Origin: Coriobacteriia bacterium
Lineage (GTDB): Bacteria; Actinomycetota; Coriobacteriia; Coriobacteriales; UBA8131
DNA length: 64,000 bases
Assembly: GCA_009783085.1 (NCBI GenBank)
Contig: WRHU01000006.1
Span: forward strand, 24,819 to 88,818
Reading direction: 5' to 3'
Part shown: piece by piece, positions 10,615 to 23,004 of the stretch
Numbering within the stretch: the stretch's first letter is position 1
Layout of the letters: every line of letters begins with the position of its first letter
Notes under the pieces: model-generated
Seen by the model: the letters and a program-made list of their open reading frames with translations, nothing else
What the model was told of the DNA's origin: nothing
The model's database searches: none
Position numbers and translations under genes: made by a program

Positions 10615-11520
10615 TTACACCTTAAGATAGCGACGCATTGCCCACACCGATCCAAAAAGACCGATGATAAGCCCTACAACGAGCAGCAACGCATACACGA
10701 GCCACAGCTCTGAGCCATCATACTTAAGCTGTAAGAACGAGAATGCCGAACCTATCTGCGGCACAAATTGAGCGGAAAGTCCCCAGACTACCAAGATGGC
10801 AAGCCCGGCTCCAACAAGTGCCTGCAGCGCACCTTCCATAACAAAAGGCCCGCGGATAAAGCCGTTCGACGCACCCACAAGACGCATGATAGCAATCTCC
10901 TTGCGACGCGCAAGAATAGCCAAGCGAATGGTGTTGTTGATAAAAACAAGTGCCACAAAAATCAACATAACAACAAGCACTATACACACAAGGCGTGTTG
11001 CGTTGGCAAACGCAAAGAGCTTGTCAATAACCTGCTGCCCAAACGCCAAAGAGTCATCTGGCTTCTCAGGTTTTTCTGCAACACTATTAAACTTGCTGTG
11101 TTTTTTGATTTGCTCGGCAATCGATTTTACTTGCTCAGGATTTTTGAGCTCTATCGACAAAGATGCCGGCAGCGGATTGCCCTCAAGTTGGTCAACAATG
11201 TCAGCCGTGGACATCTCTTTGAAGCGCTCAAGTGCCTCCTCTTTGCTTATGAAGGTCACGCTTGCAACATCAGGCAAATTGGTAATGTACACCTGAATTT
11301 CAGAAATATCTTCTTCTGCGGCGTCATCGTTAAGGAAGAATTGAATGTTAACTTCGCTTTCAACACCTTCAACAAGATGATTTACCAAGATGCTGCCAAC
11401 CATAAAAATACCAATAACCAACAGCGAGAGGAAAATAGTAACCACTGCACCAAAGGTTGTGCCAAAGTTTTTCTTAGAATTGCTGAGTGCTTCTCTTATG
11501 AAATATAATATACTACGCAT
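10615..11520 (-). CDS. ftsX: Cell division permease FtsX
   Basis: NPLPAS, NTIRLAILARRKEIAIMRLVGAS..FIRGPF..EG; directly downstream of ftsE. Confidence 0.93.
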   Translation of the reverse strand: MRSILYFIREALSNSKKNFGTTFGAVVTIFLSLLVIGIFMVGSILVNHLVEGVESEVNIQFFLNDDAAEEDISEIQVYITNLPDVASVTFISKEEALERFKEMSTADIVDQLEGNPLPASLSIELKNPEQVKSIAEQIKKHSKFNSVAEKPEKPDDSLAFGQQVIDKLFAFANATRLVCIVLVVMLIFVALVFINNTIRLAILARRKEIAIMRLVGASNGFIRGPFVMEGALQALVGAGLAILVVWGLSAQFVPQIGSAFSFLQLKYDGSELWLVYALLLVVGLIIGLFGSVWAMRRYLKV

Positions 11521-12637
11521 CTTCGCCATACACCCCCTTGTGCTGGTCGCGCACGAGATAACCGTTCTCCAGAGCCATAACGCGCTTGCGCATGGAATCC
11601 ACCATTTCGCGGTCATGCGTGGCAACAAGAATAGTAGTTCCGGTGCGGTTAATGCGGTCAAGCAAACGCATAATGCCGAGTGACGTTTGCGGATCAAGAT
11701 TACCCGTTGGCTCATCGCAAATGAGCAAAGGTGGGCGGTTTACGATAGCACGCGCAATAGAAACACGCTGCTGCTCACCACCCGAGAGCTGATCGGGGTA
11801 TTTGTCGATTTTGTCTTCAAGACCCACCAGACGCAAAACCTCGGGTACCTGTGTGCGAATAATGTGCCTTGACTTGCCAATAACCTTTAAGGCAAAGGCA
11901 ACATTCTCAAAAGCAGTTTTGTTAGGGAGCAACTTAAAATCCTGGAAAACGCAGCCGATGTTGCGCCTAAGATACGGCACGCGCCAGCGGTGCATCTTTA
12001 CCAGATTCTCCCCTGCCACAAAAAGCTTGCCCGATGTAGCAACAAACTCGCGGTTGATAAGGCGGATAAAAGTCGATTTACCTGAGCCAGAATGTCCCAC
12101 CAAAAAGACGAACTCGCCCGGATATATCTCAAGCGATACACCATTGAGTGCGGGACGACGCTGCTGCGCCTTATAGGTTTTGGTAATGTTTTCAAAAACG
12201 ATGACGGGGTTTGCGCCCGGCACGCGATTTGGATTTTGCGCAGGCGAAGCGATTGCTCCTGGCAAAACGGTGGGCTGTTGGCCACTTTGCCCCGCGCCAA
12301 CAGCGACGAACTGTCCACTTTGATTGGGGGCGACAGCGACGAACTGTCCACTTTGGCCTGGTGCAACAGCAACAAATTGTCCGCTCTGCCCGGGCGCTAC
12401 CGCAACAAATTGTCCGCTTTGCGAAGCAGCCACCGCGGCAAACTGTCCACTTTGGGAAGCCAGCTGCTGTGGGGTTAGCGCTGCGTGTTGCGCAAGCGGT
12501 ATGTTAGATGCGGGTTGAGCCGATTGGGCTGCGGCAGCTGCCTGTGCTTCTGCCAGTTGAGATGCTGTAGGAACAGCACCACTTTGAGCATGTCGAGGAA
12601 TTTTTCCATCTCCCCATTGCCCTTGTTTGTCTACCAC
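11513..12637 (-). CDS. ftsE: Cell division ATP-binding protein FtsE with repetitive N-terminal extension
   Basis: GHSGSGKST, VFQDFKLL, LSGGEQQRV, DEPTGNLD, ATHD; GTG at 12637 after GGAG (start uncertain). Confidence 0.9.
   Translation of the reverse strand: MVDKQGQWGDGKIPRHAQSGAVPTASQLAEAQAAAAAQSAQPASNIPLAQHAALTPQQLASQSGQFAAVAASQSGQFVAVAPGQSGQFVAVAPGQSGQFVAVAPNQSGQFVAVGAGQSGQQPTVLPGAIASPAQNPNRVPGANPVIVFENITKTYKAQQRRPALNGVSLEIYPGEFVFLVGHSGSGKSTFIRLINREFVATSGKLFVAGENLVKMHRWRVPYLRRNIGCVFQDFKLLPNKTAFENVAFALKVIGKSRHIIRTQVPEVLRLVGLEDKIDKYPDQLSGGEQQRVSIARAIVNRPPLLICDEPTGNLDPQTSLGIMRLLDRINRTGTTILVATHDREMVDSMRKRVMALENGYLVRDQHKGVYGEDA
12281..12456 (-). repeat. 33-bp in-frame tandem repeat (SGQFVAVAPGQ-like, about 5-6 units)
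   Basis: Recurring aactgtccacttt/aattgtccgct every 33 bp. Confidence 0.9.
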
Positions 12638-12824
12638 GTTCACTCCATTCGTTTTGACTGCATTTAAGCTACGTTTCAGTATGCCCTTATGATACCACAG
12701 CTTTCCATCAGACAAGAAACGCTTTGTTTTCGAGCCCGGTAGCACGTAACGCTTTGTTTTCGCCCCTTGTGCGGGGAGAAAACGTTATGCGCCCTCTGTT
12801 CCCGCTACGCGCCCTCTGTGCGCC

Positions 12825-15659
<2,835 letters not shown>

Positions 15660-15772
15660 GTGAGTGGTGGGCGGCGGCGAGTGAAGCGAGGCTGTTAAGG
15701 TTCAGGTGCGCAAGGCTTGCGCCGAGTGCGGGCAAGCGAGCAAGTAGATGGGCGCGCGGCGAGCAAGGTGGG

Positions 15773-17125
15773 TTAGTGATCTTTATGAAGATCGCGGAAG
15801 CTCGTAAACTCAGAATCAAAGCGTAGCTCAATATCGCGCGTTGCGCCATTACGGTTTTTGCCCACAATAAGACGCCCCACACCAAGGTCAGGACGCTTGT
15901 TGCTTAACGCCTCCTCCTCGCTCATAGAACGGTCGATAAACATAACTACGTCGGCGTCTTGCTCGATAGAACCAGACTCACGCAAGTCAGAGAGCTGCGG
16001 GCGCTTATCACCACGGGTTTCCACCGAGCGCGAAAGCTGAGCAATGGCAAGAATGGGAACCTCAAGCTCTTTGGCAAGCATCTTAAGACCACGCGATATC
16101 TCCCCTACCTCAACATAACGATCGCGCACCTGCGAAGTGGGCGAGGTCATAAGCTGGAGGTAATCTACCACGATAAGCCCTTTGCCTTTCTCGGCATGAC
16201 GGAGTTGACGGCGCGCCTTTGCTCTCAATTCTAGAATGGTAAGACCGGGCGAATCGTCAATAGCAAAACTGCATTTGTGCAAGCGCTCGCTTGCTTGAAT
16301 GATGTCGTGAAAGTCCGCCTCGCGCAGCTTGCCCGTACGCATTTTATGGCTGTCAATTTTTGCCTCGGCAGAAAGTATACGTTGCGTAAGTTGTACCGAG
16401 GGCATTTCAAGAGAGAAAAATGCAATGGGTATGTTCGCCTTGGCAGCGTTGATGGCAATGTTAAGAGCAAACGAGGTTTTACCCACACCAGGACGTGCCG
16501 CCAAGATGAGCAAATCGCCCGCACGCATGCCACCCAATAAATCGTCTAAATCTCTAAAGCCCGTTGGAACACCAAACAAGTGGGCTTTATTTGTAGCCAT
16601 TTTTTCGAGAATGTCGATGGACTCGCTCATCAAATCATCTATGGGCCTAAAGCTCGAAGAAACTCGCTTGTTGGTGACCTCAAAGAGCAAGCGCTCTGCC
16701 TCCTCGACAACCATTGGTGCGTCATCGGTAGAGCTTGAGCCGAGCGAAAGGATATGCTGAGCTGCCTTGATGAGCTCTCTCAGCAGGGCATCGTTTCTGA
16801 TAATGTCTATGTGAGTTGCCCAGTTGGCAAGGGCAAACGAGTTGCTTGCCAAATCAAGAATGTATGCCTTGCCGCCTATTTGGTCAAGCTCGCCACGAGC
16901 ATCAAGCCTATCGGCAAGAGTAAGCTGGTCAACGGGAATGTGGTCGGTATTAAGCTCGGCGATGGCAGCAAATATCTTTTGGTGCGCTGGCCTAAAAAAG
17001 GCATCGCCAGATACAGAAGCTAAGGCTTCCTCAACAATGTCCTTATCTAAAATCATGGCAGCAAGCACCGCTTGCTCGGCATCAAGATTATGCGGTAAGG
17101 TTACGTTGAGTGTTTGTTCAGACAT
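15773..17125 (-). CDS. dnaB: Replicative DNA helicase
   Basis: AARPGVGKT, FSLEM, VDYLQLM, QLSR, SDLRESGSIEQDAD, KNRNG; no intein. Confidence 0.97.
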   Translation of the reverse strand: MSEQTLNVTLPHNLDAEQAVLAAMILDKDIVEEALASVSGDAFFRPAHQKIFAAIAELNTDHIPVDQLTLADRLDARGELDQIGGKAYILDLASNSFALANWATHIDIIRNDALLRELIKAAQHILSLGSSSTDDAPMVVEEAERLLFEVTNKRVSSSFRPIDDLMSESIDILEKMATNKAHLFGVPTGFRDLDDLLGGMRAGDLLILAARPGVGKTSFALNIAINAAKANIPIAFFSLEMPSVQLTQRILSAEAKIDSHKMRTGKLREADFHDIIQASERLHKCSFAIDDSPGLTILELRAKARRQLRHAEKGKGLIVVDYLQLMTSPTSQVRDRYVEVGEISRGLKMLAKELEVPILAIAQLSRSVETRGDKRPQLSDLRESGSIEQDADVVMFIDRSMSEEEALSNKRPDLGVGRLIVGKNRNGATRDIELRFDSEFTSFRDLHKDH

Positions 17126-17177
17126 CTGCTGTTTGCTTTCTTAAAACGGAAACGATACAAAACTAAAAGGTAAAACT

Positions 17178-17210
17178 AAAGGGCTGCACCATAAAATGGT
17201 GCAGCCCTTT
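17178..17210. terminator. Intrinsic terminator after rplI (bidirectional form)
   Basis: AAAGGGCTGCACCA-taaaa-TGGTGCAGCCCTTT. Confidence 0.8.
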
Positions 17211-17310
17211 ATTCTACACAACCGCAACGCAAGATGTAAGCCTTACCAGCAATCTATTTTGCTTTTTTTCGCTTGCGCCTCAGGTTGTGCTTTGTTTGTG
17301 CTTGTAGTGC

Positions 17311-18126
17311 CTACTCGTCTGCTTTTTCTACAGCATCCTCGGTAGCTTCAGCAACGGCTTCATCTACTGCTTCATCTACTGCTTCAGCAACAGCCTCAAC
17401 CGCTTCGTCAACGGCGTCAGCTTTTTCAGAAACAGCGTCCTCAACAGCTTCAACGGCCTCTTCGGTTGCCTCGGCAACAGCCTCAACAACCTCGTCAGCA
17501 GCCTCGTCGGCAGCCTCGGCAATCTCCGCAACGACCTCATCAGCAGCCTCGGCGGCAACCTCAGTCACCGTATCAATACCAGCCTCAGCATTTGCCACCT
17601 CGGCAGCCAACTCAGCTACCAGCTCGGGGTTAGCGCCATCAACATCAGCGGCAGCATCCGCAGCAACTTCCTCAGGCGTGCGCTCGTCAATAACATTAAC
17701 GGTCACAACGGCCTTTATCTCGCGATACACCGCAATGCTTACCGTGTGCTCGCCTGCCGTCTTAATCGCAGAGCGAATGTCAATCTTTCTACGGTCAACT
17801 TCTGCGCCATACTGCTCAAGCAGTGCCTCAGCAATCTGCGGTGCGGTAATAGAACCAAAAAGCTGGCCCTCCTCGCCCACACGGGCACGCACCGTAACAA
17901 CCTTTTCATTAAGAGCAGCAAAAATCTTGTCTGCCGTGTCAAGGCGCTCAGCCTCACGCTTGGCAATGTTGTGTTTGCGAAGCTCAAGCTGCTTGAGGTT
18001 TCCTTTGGTAGCCTCGATAGCAATTTTTCTGGGGAACAAGAAGTTGACAGCGTGACCACGGGTCACCTCAACAACATCTCCCTCTCCACCTTTGCCTTTA
18101 AGCTCTTGTAACAATATAACTTTCAT
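17311..18126 (-). CDS. rplI: 50S ribosomal protein L9 with ~120-aa acidic C-terminal extension
   Basis: MKVILL..GDVVEV..GHAVNFL, GQLFGSIT; tail composed mostly of E/A/V/D. Confidence 0.95.
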   Translation of the reverse strand: MKVILLQELKGKGGEGDVVEVTRGHAVNFLFPRKIAIEATKGNLKQLELRKHNIAKREAERLDTADKIFAALNEKVVTVRARVGEEGQLFGSITAPQIAEALLEQYGAEVDRRKIDIRSAIKTAGEHTVSIAVYREIKAVVTVNVIDERTPEEVAADAAADVDGANPELVAELAAEVANAEAGIDTVTEVAAEAADEVVAEIAEAADEAADEVVEAVAEATEEAVEAVEDAVSEKADAVDEAVEAVAEAVDEAVDEAVAEATEDAVEKADE

Positions 18127-18132
18127 AATGTG

Positions 18133-18402
18133 CTAAACCTCCCTACCACGCTTGCGGTCTGAACGACCGCTCACCACTGAAACCACATAGGGAAGCAGTG
18201 CCATCTCGCGCGCGCGCTTTACGGCAACGGCGAGTTCGTGTTGATGCTGCGTGCAGGTTCCCGTAACGCGGCGTGGTTTAATTTTGCCTCGATCGGTCAC
18301 ATATTTACGCAGCAGGTTGATTTCCTTAAAGTCGATATATTCAACCTCGTCTTTGCAAAACTGACAATATTTCTTACGAGGCTGGCTAACGTATTCGGCC
18401 AT
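18133..18402 (-). CDS. rpsR: 30S ribosomal protein S18
   Basis: [29 protein letters not shown]. Confidence 0.97.
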   Translation of the reverse strand: MAEYVSQPRKKYCQFCKDEVEYIDFKEINLLRKYVTDRGKIKPRRVTGTCTQHQHELAVAVKRAREMALLPYVVSVVSGRSDRKRGREV

Positions 18403-18447
18403 AAGGACCTCCTCTCTTTTACTCTTTAGTCTTTGCGCGGCACTCCC

Positions 18448-18894
18448 TTAAAAGGGAATGTCCTCGTCGTAGACAGTAATCTCGGGTGCTGCAGGAATAT
18501 CCTCTGCACGAGGAGCAGAAGCGCTTGCTGAGCTTGCGCTGCCACCACCTGCACCAGAACCACTGTCACGTGATGTCATAAACTCAATTTCGTCAACGAT
18601 AACTTCAATTTTTGAACGCTTTTGACCCTCACGCTCCCACTGGCTCCAGCGCAATTTACCTTCGATTGCAACTTTTGAGCCCTTGGACAAAAAGCGAGAA
18701 ACGCTTTCTGCACGTGCGCCAAACATCGTACAGTCAATGAAGTTTGGATAATCCTCCCACTCGCCCGTGGTTGGATTTTTGCGGCGATCATTTACGGCTA
18801 TACCCATTCCTAAAACGGGCATTCCCGATGCGGTAGAACGCAGCTCGGGGTCGCGCGTAAGATTGCCACTAATAAGCACTCTGTTGATACTCAT
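18448..18894 (-). CDS. ssb: Single-stranded DNA-binding protein
   Basis: INRVLISGNLTRDPELR, C-terminal DEDIPF. Confidence 0.97.
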   Translation of the reverse strand: MSINRVLISGNLTRDPELRSTASGMPVLGMGIAVNDRRKNPTTGEWEDYPNFIDCTMFGARAESVSRFLSKGSKVAIEGKLRWSQWEREGQKRSKIEVIVDEIEFMTSRDSGSGAGGGSASSASASAPRAEDIPAAPEITVYDEDIPF

Positions 18895-18993
18895 GTTCTT
18901 TCACCTATCCGTTCTGGCTTGCCCAGCTGGACAGCCTGTTGGAGTGCGTTTGCTTTGCACGCAAGGTGCTGCAAACGTCAAGCACCCAATGCA

Positions 18994-19287
18994 CTAGGCG
19001 CAATCTTTACGACGTACAATGATAAACCGCTCAATGGCATCAGTGATGCGCAGGATACGGTCAATCTCTGCAATGTTCGTTGGCTCAGCGTGAAACTCGA
19101 TGAGAGTATAATCGCCATCGGTCAACTTGTTGATTTCATAGGTGAGCTTGCGCTTTCCCCATTCGTCAATGTTGTCAACCGTGCCACCCTGTGAAGTAAT
19201 GGCAGAGTCAATTCTTTTGCTCAGCGCAGTGCGAGCGTCTTCTTCTAGTGCAGGATTAACGAAGAACAACAGTTCATAAGCCTTCAT
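18994..19287 (-). CDS. rpsF: 30S ribosomal protein S6
   Basis: MKAYE..WGKRKLTYEI; rpsF-ssb-rpsR order. Confidence 0.97.
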   Translation of the reverse strand: MKAYELLFFVNPALEEDARTALSKRIDSAITSQGGTVDNIDEWGKRKLTYEINKLTDGDYTLIEFHAEPTNIAEIDRILRITDAIERFIIVRRKDCA

Positions 19288-19345
19288 ATTTCACCTCCTC
19301 TGGTCTTTAGCGGCTCAGGTCATGAAGGCAAGACCCAAGCAGGAT
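19288..19345 (-). promoter_or_regulatory. S6:S18 autoregulatory leader RNA
   Basis: Minus strand reads TCCTGCT-hairpin-GAGCCGCT..AGACCAGAGGAGG. The CCG motif and anti-SD pairing match the known rpsF leader architecture. Confidence 0.7.
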
Positions 19346-19565
19346 TTGAACTTGATAGTCTACCATGCCTTTTGCGGTAAAGCAACTGCACAAAGACTAT
19401 GAGCTCACTTTGCAATGCCTGCGTGCCGAGAGCGCATCGACTGCGTCTTGCCACGCAAACCTCACTTTTGAGCTACCATACAAGAAACGATACAAAACCC
19501 GCTTTGTACAATCTGTGCCATACATCTAAGCCACACATCTTCGTTGTACGCGCAATAATCTCATA

Positions 19566-19643
19566 CGATTCTTGCTGGGTTCTGTACCGTTTCTGTATTT
19601 TTTCTAACTTTTCTCTTACTTTTTTATTAGCCGGTTCTTACTT
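19566..19643. repeat. 78-bp AT-rich dispersed repeat, copy 1
   Basis: Closely similar to 54254-54331 (cgattcttgctgg..ctgtaccgtttct..ttttttattagccg.ttcttactt). Confidence 0.85.
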
Positions 19644-19782
19644 TGGGTGATTTTTTACCACTTTTTGCTTCTCACACGCTGCTGACCAGCTCTTTTGCAT
19701 TTACTCTCATTTTTCTTGTTTCGAGCAGGCTTTGTGCGATTCCTGCGCAAAGCCTGCTCGTTCGCTCGCTTGTACTTCTCTT

Positions 19783-21162
19783 TTATGCTCCTGGCACGGT
19801 TGGAATGGTCGCAAAACCACGCTCCAAGTCCTCGTCAGTAGGAACATAATCGGTCATGGTGCCCTCGTTATACTGCTGATACGCACCCAAATCAAAGTAA
19901 CCGTTGCCCGTAAGGCCAAACAAGATGGTCTTTTTCTCGCCACTTTCTTTGCAGGCAAGCGCCTCGTCAATGGCAGCACGAATCGCATGGGCAGACTCCG
20001 GCGCAGGCAGCGTTCCCTCAGATTTTGCAAAAAGCTCTGCTGCTTCAAATACGGCAGATTGCTCAACAGCACGTGCCTCGTCCAAAAAGCCATCATGGTA
20101 CAGCTGGCTCAAAATAGGACTCATACCGTGATAGCGCAGGCCACCCGCATGATTAGCAGACGGAATAAAACCATTGCCAAGCGTATACATCTTAGCGAGC
20201 GGCGTCACTTGACCAGTGTCGCAGAAGTCATACGCAAAACGTCCTCGTGTCATTGAGGGGCAAGAAGCAGGCTCAACCGCAATAAAATAGGGAGCCTGGC
20301 GTCCCGCAAGGCGCTCCGCCATAAACGGTGCCATCAAGCCACCAAGATTTGAGCCGCCGCCAGCGCAGCCAATAACAATATCAGGAGTAACCTCGAGCTT
20401 ATCAAGGGCAGCCTTTGCCTCAAGCCCAATAATAGACTGGTGGATAAGCACCTGATTAAGCACGCTGCCGAGCACGTAGCGAGTGTTCTCGCTCGTAACC
20501 GCAACCTCAACCGCCTCGCTAATGGCAGTGCCAAGGCTACCGGTGTTGTCAGGAAACTCAGCGAGCATCTTTTTGCCCACCTGTGTGGTGTCGCTCGGCG
20601 AAGGAATAACTTGTGCTCCGTAGGTTTCCATAACTGCCTTGCGATACGGTTTTTGCTCGCAAGAAACTTTGACCATGTAAACTTTTAGGTCAAGTCCAAA
20701 ATAGCAGCACGCCATTGAAAGCGCCGTGCCCCATTGGCCAGCACCGGTTTCGGTGGTAAGAGAGGTCAAGCCCTGCTGCTTGGCATAATACGCCTGAGCA
20801 ATAGCAGAATTGAGCTTATGACTGCCACTGGTGTTGTTGCCCTCATACTTGTAGTAAATGTGAGCCGGAGTGTCCAACGCCTTTTCAAGATACGTGGCAC
20901 GAATCAAAGGTGAGGGGCGATACATCTTGTAAAAGCTTCGCACCTCATCTGGAATGTCGATAAAGCGATCCGTGGTGTTGAGTTCTTGCTTGGCGAGCTC
21001 GGTGCAAAAGACGGGCTCAAGGTCGGCAACAGACATTGGCTCGCCCGTGCCCGGATTAAGTATGGGCGCGTGCGCAGTTTCCATGTCTGCCCGGACGTTA
21101 TACCATTGCTTAGGTATCTCGTCCTCGGTAAGGTAGGTCTTGTACGGTACGTTCGTTTCCAT
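19783..21162 (-). CDS. trpB2: TrpB2 (TrpB-like PLP enzyme; indole-salvage tryptophan synthase beta)
   Basis: GSHKLNSA, TETGAGQWG, CAGGGSN, HAGGLRYHG, PAPESAHA; about 460 aa; no adjacent trpA. Confidence 0.92.
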   Translation of the reverse strand: METNVPYKTYLTEDEIPKQWYNVRADMETAHAPILNPGTGEPMSVADLEPVFCTELAKQELNTTDRFIDIPDEVRSFYKMYRPSPLIRATYLEKALDTPAHIYYKYEGNNTSGSHKLNSAIAQAYYAKQQGLTSLTTETGAGQWGTALSMACCYFGLDLKVYMVKVSCEQKPYRKAVMETYGAQVIPSPSDTTQVGKKMLAEFPDNTGSLGTAISEAVEVAVTSENTRYVLGSVLNQVLIHQSIIGLEAKAALDKLEVTPDIVIGCAGGGSNLGGLMAPFMAERLAGRQAPYFIAVEPASCPSMTRGRFAYDFCDTGQVTPLAKMYTLGNGFIPSANHAGGLRYHGMSPILSQLYHDGFLDEARAVEQSAVFEAAELFAKSEGTLPAPESAHAIRAAIDEALACKESGEKKTILFGLTGNGYFDLGAYQQYNEGTMTDYVPTDEDLERGFATIPTVPGA

Positions 21163-21195
21163 TGCTGTTCCTTTCTACTTTTCTGGGATAAGGAC

Positions 21196-21478
21196 AACAA
21201 AAAAAGCCCTTGTACCCAACGACATTTCTGCTGGGACAAGAGCTGAACTCCTGCGGTGCCACCCGGCTTGGTGTTTTACCACCCACTCACGCATACAAAC
21301 ATATGCTGGCTTTTGATTACGGAAAGCCACTCCCGTCTTACCTACTTGGCATCGTGCGCAAGCGCACAGCCTTTTGGTTCGCCCTCAGGAGGCCATTCTT
21401 CGCTGTTCCTGTATCGCGCTCACACTGTCCGCGACTCTCTGAAACATTCTGCAGCGAGTACTACTCTCCCTCAACGGT
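21196..21478 (-). promoter_or_regulatory. T-box riboswitch, Trp (UGG) specifier, transcription-attenuation type
   Basis: AGTA and AGAGAG motifs, GAA-UGG at 21395-21393, T-box GGGTGGCACCGC at 21264-21253, terminator hairpin plus U-run. Confidence 0.9.
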
Positions 21479-21488
21479 TTCGCAGGCT

Positions 21489-21517
21489 ATTGTGCAACAT
21501 AAAACAAAACTTGTCAA
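21489..21517 (-). promoter_or_regulatory. Sigma70-type promoter for T-box/trpB2
   Basis: TTGACA-17bp-CACAAT. Confidence 0.7.
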
Positions 21518-21575
21518 GGGGTGATTTTTCACCGCCGTCGCAATACGAGTTCCAGCTTAAAATGCAACAGCCCTC

Positions 21576-22328
21576 CTACTCCTTAGTAAGAATAACTATC
21601 CCTTCGGAGGTGAGCGCAACAGTGTGTTCAAAGTGGGCTGAGAGGCTGCCGTCGGCGGTAAACACTGTCCAGCGGTCTTCAAAGGGGCCTTTGGTGGCAT
21701 AATCGCCGGCGTTAATCATGGGCTCAATGGCAATAACCAGCCCTGCCTTAAGTTTTGGGCCTTTGCCTCGGGTGCCAAAATTGGGAACACTGGGAGATTC
21801 ATGCATGGCGCGCCCAATGCCGTGGCCCACATATTCACGCACCACACCAAAATCGGCTGCCTCGGCGACCTCTTGAATGGCGGCACCAATATCGCCTAAC
21901 GTGCCGCCCACTTGCAGGGCTTCTATGCCCGCCCACAAAGATTCCTCGGTTACGTCAAGCAAGCGCTGGGCATCGGGGCTAATGGCACCTACGGCAAAGG
22001 TGGCGGCGTTATCCCCTACCCAGCCACCAACAATGGCGCCGGTGTCGATAGAAATAATATCGCCCTCTTGTAAAATAGCATCGCTTGAAGGAATACCGTG
22101 CACAATTTGGTCGTTGATTGACGAGCAAATACTGCCCGTAAAGCCCCCATAACCGAGAAAGGCGGGAATGCCGCCTTCCATACGGATAAGATTTTCTGCA
22201 AACTTATTAAGTTCGAGTGTTGAGATGCCGGGGCGAACAAGCTCGCCCGTTTTGCGAAGCGCCTTCGCACTCACGCGACCGGCTTCGTTCATTGCGTCAA
22301 TCTCAGCTGGTTTCTTAAGACGAATCAT
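21576..22328 (-). CDS. map: Methionine aminopeptidase type I
   Basis: SINDQIVHGIP, GHGIG..HE.P, AIEPM, SAHFEHT. Confidence 0.96.
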   Translation of the reverse strand: MIRLKKPAEIDAMNEAGRVSAKALRKTGELVRPGISTLELNKFAENLIRMEGGIPAFLGYGGFTGSICSSINDQIVHGIPSSDAILQEGDIISIDTGAIVGGWVGDNAATFAVGAISPDAQRLLDVTEESLWAGIEALQVGGTLGDIGAAIQEVAEAADFGVVREYVGHGIGRAMHESPSVPNFGTRGKGPKLKAGLVIAIEPMINAGDYATKGPFEDRWTVFTADGSLSAHFEHTVALTSEGIVILTKE

Positions 22329-22364
22329 AGCAATTCTCTGCTCCCCACCAGCACGCCTCCAAAC

Positions 22365-22988
22365 CTAGGCTAAAACACTCTTTATGTCGGCGAATACCTC
22401 GTCTACCGGGCGGTCGCCGTCAATATCGGCGAGTAAGTCGGCGCCGCGATAATACTCAATAAGCGGAGCGGTTGACTTCTCATAGACATCAAGACGGTTG
22501 CGCACGGTATCTTTGGCGTCATCGGGACGCTGGTACATCTCGCCTGAACATTTTGGACACTGAGCGTCATCGGCAGTGCCAATATAACCGCACGCACGGC
22601 ACAGGCGACGTGAAGCCAGACGATTAACAATAACCTCAGAGTCAACCGTAAGGGCAACAGCAGCGTCGATATTGCGACCCAGCTCACCCAGCTCAGTGCT
22701 GAGGGCAACAGCTTGGGTGGTAGTACGAGGAAAGCCGTCAAGAATGAAGCCTTTCTCGGTATCTTTTTCTTGCAAGCGCTCCTTAACCAAGCCGATAACC
22801 ACGGTATCGGGCACCAGCTCGCCTTTATCCATATATGATTTTGCTTCAAGACCGAGCGGAGTTTCTGCCTTTACCGCAGCGCGCAAAATGTCACCTGTGG
22901 AGATATGAGCAATGTCATACTCGGCAATAAGTTTGGCAGCTTGCGTGCCTTTGCCAGCGCCAGGAGCGCCCAATAAAACAATATTCAT
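22365..22988 (-). CDS. adk: Adenylate kinase
   Basis: GAPGAGKGTQA, LDGFPRT, 4-Cys LID. Confidence 0.97.
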   Translation of the reverse strand: MNIVLLGAPGAGKGTQAAKLIAEYDIAHISTGDILRAAVKAETPLGLEAKSYMDKGELVPDTVVIGLVKERLQEKDTEKGFILDGFPRTTTQAVALSTELGELGRNIDAAVALTVDSEVIVNRLASRRLCRACGYIGTADDAQCPKCSGEMYQRPDDAKDTVRNRLDVYEKSTAPLIEYYRGADLLADIDGDRPVDEVFADIKSVLA

Positions 22989-23004
22989 AGCGTGACCTCC
23001 TTTG

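Noticed and set aside
15773-17125. Intein in DnaB (also checked DnaE)
   Set aside because: Normal lengths and continuous motifs; no splice-junction signatures
17148-17163. GAAACGATACAAAAC shared with the region near 19484
   Set aside because: Single short A-rich match with no further alignment
17273-18055. Ser/Ala/Thr-rich 260-aa plus-strand ORF (likewise 5411-6220 and 6870-7262)
   Set aside because: Antisense reading of low-complexity coding regions
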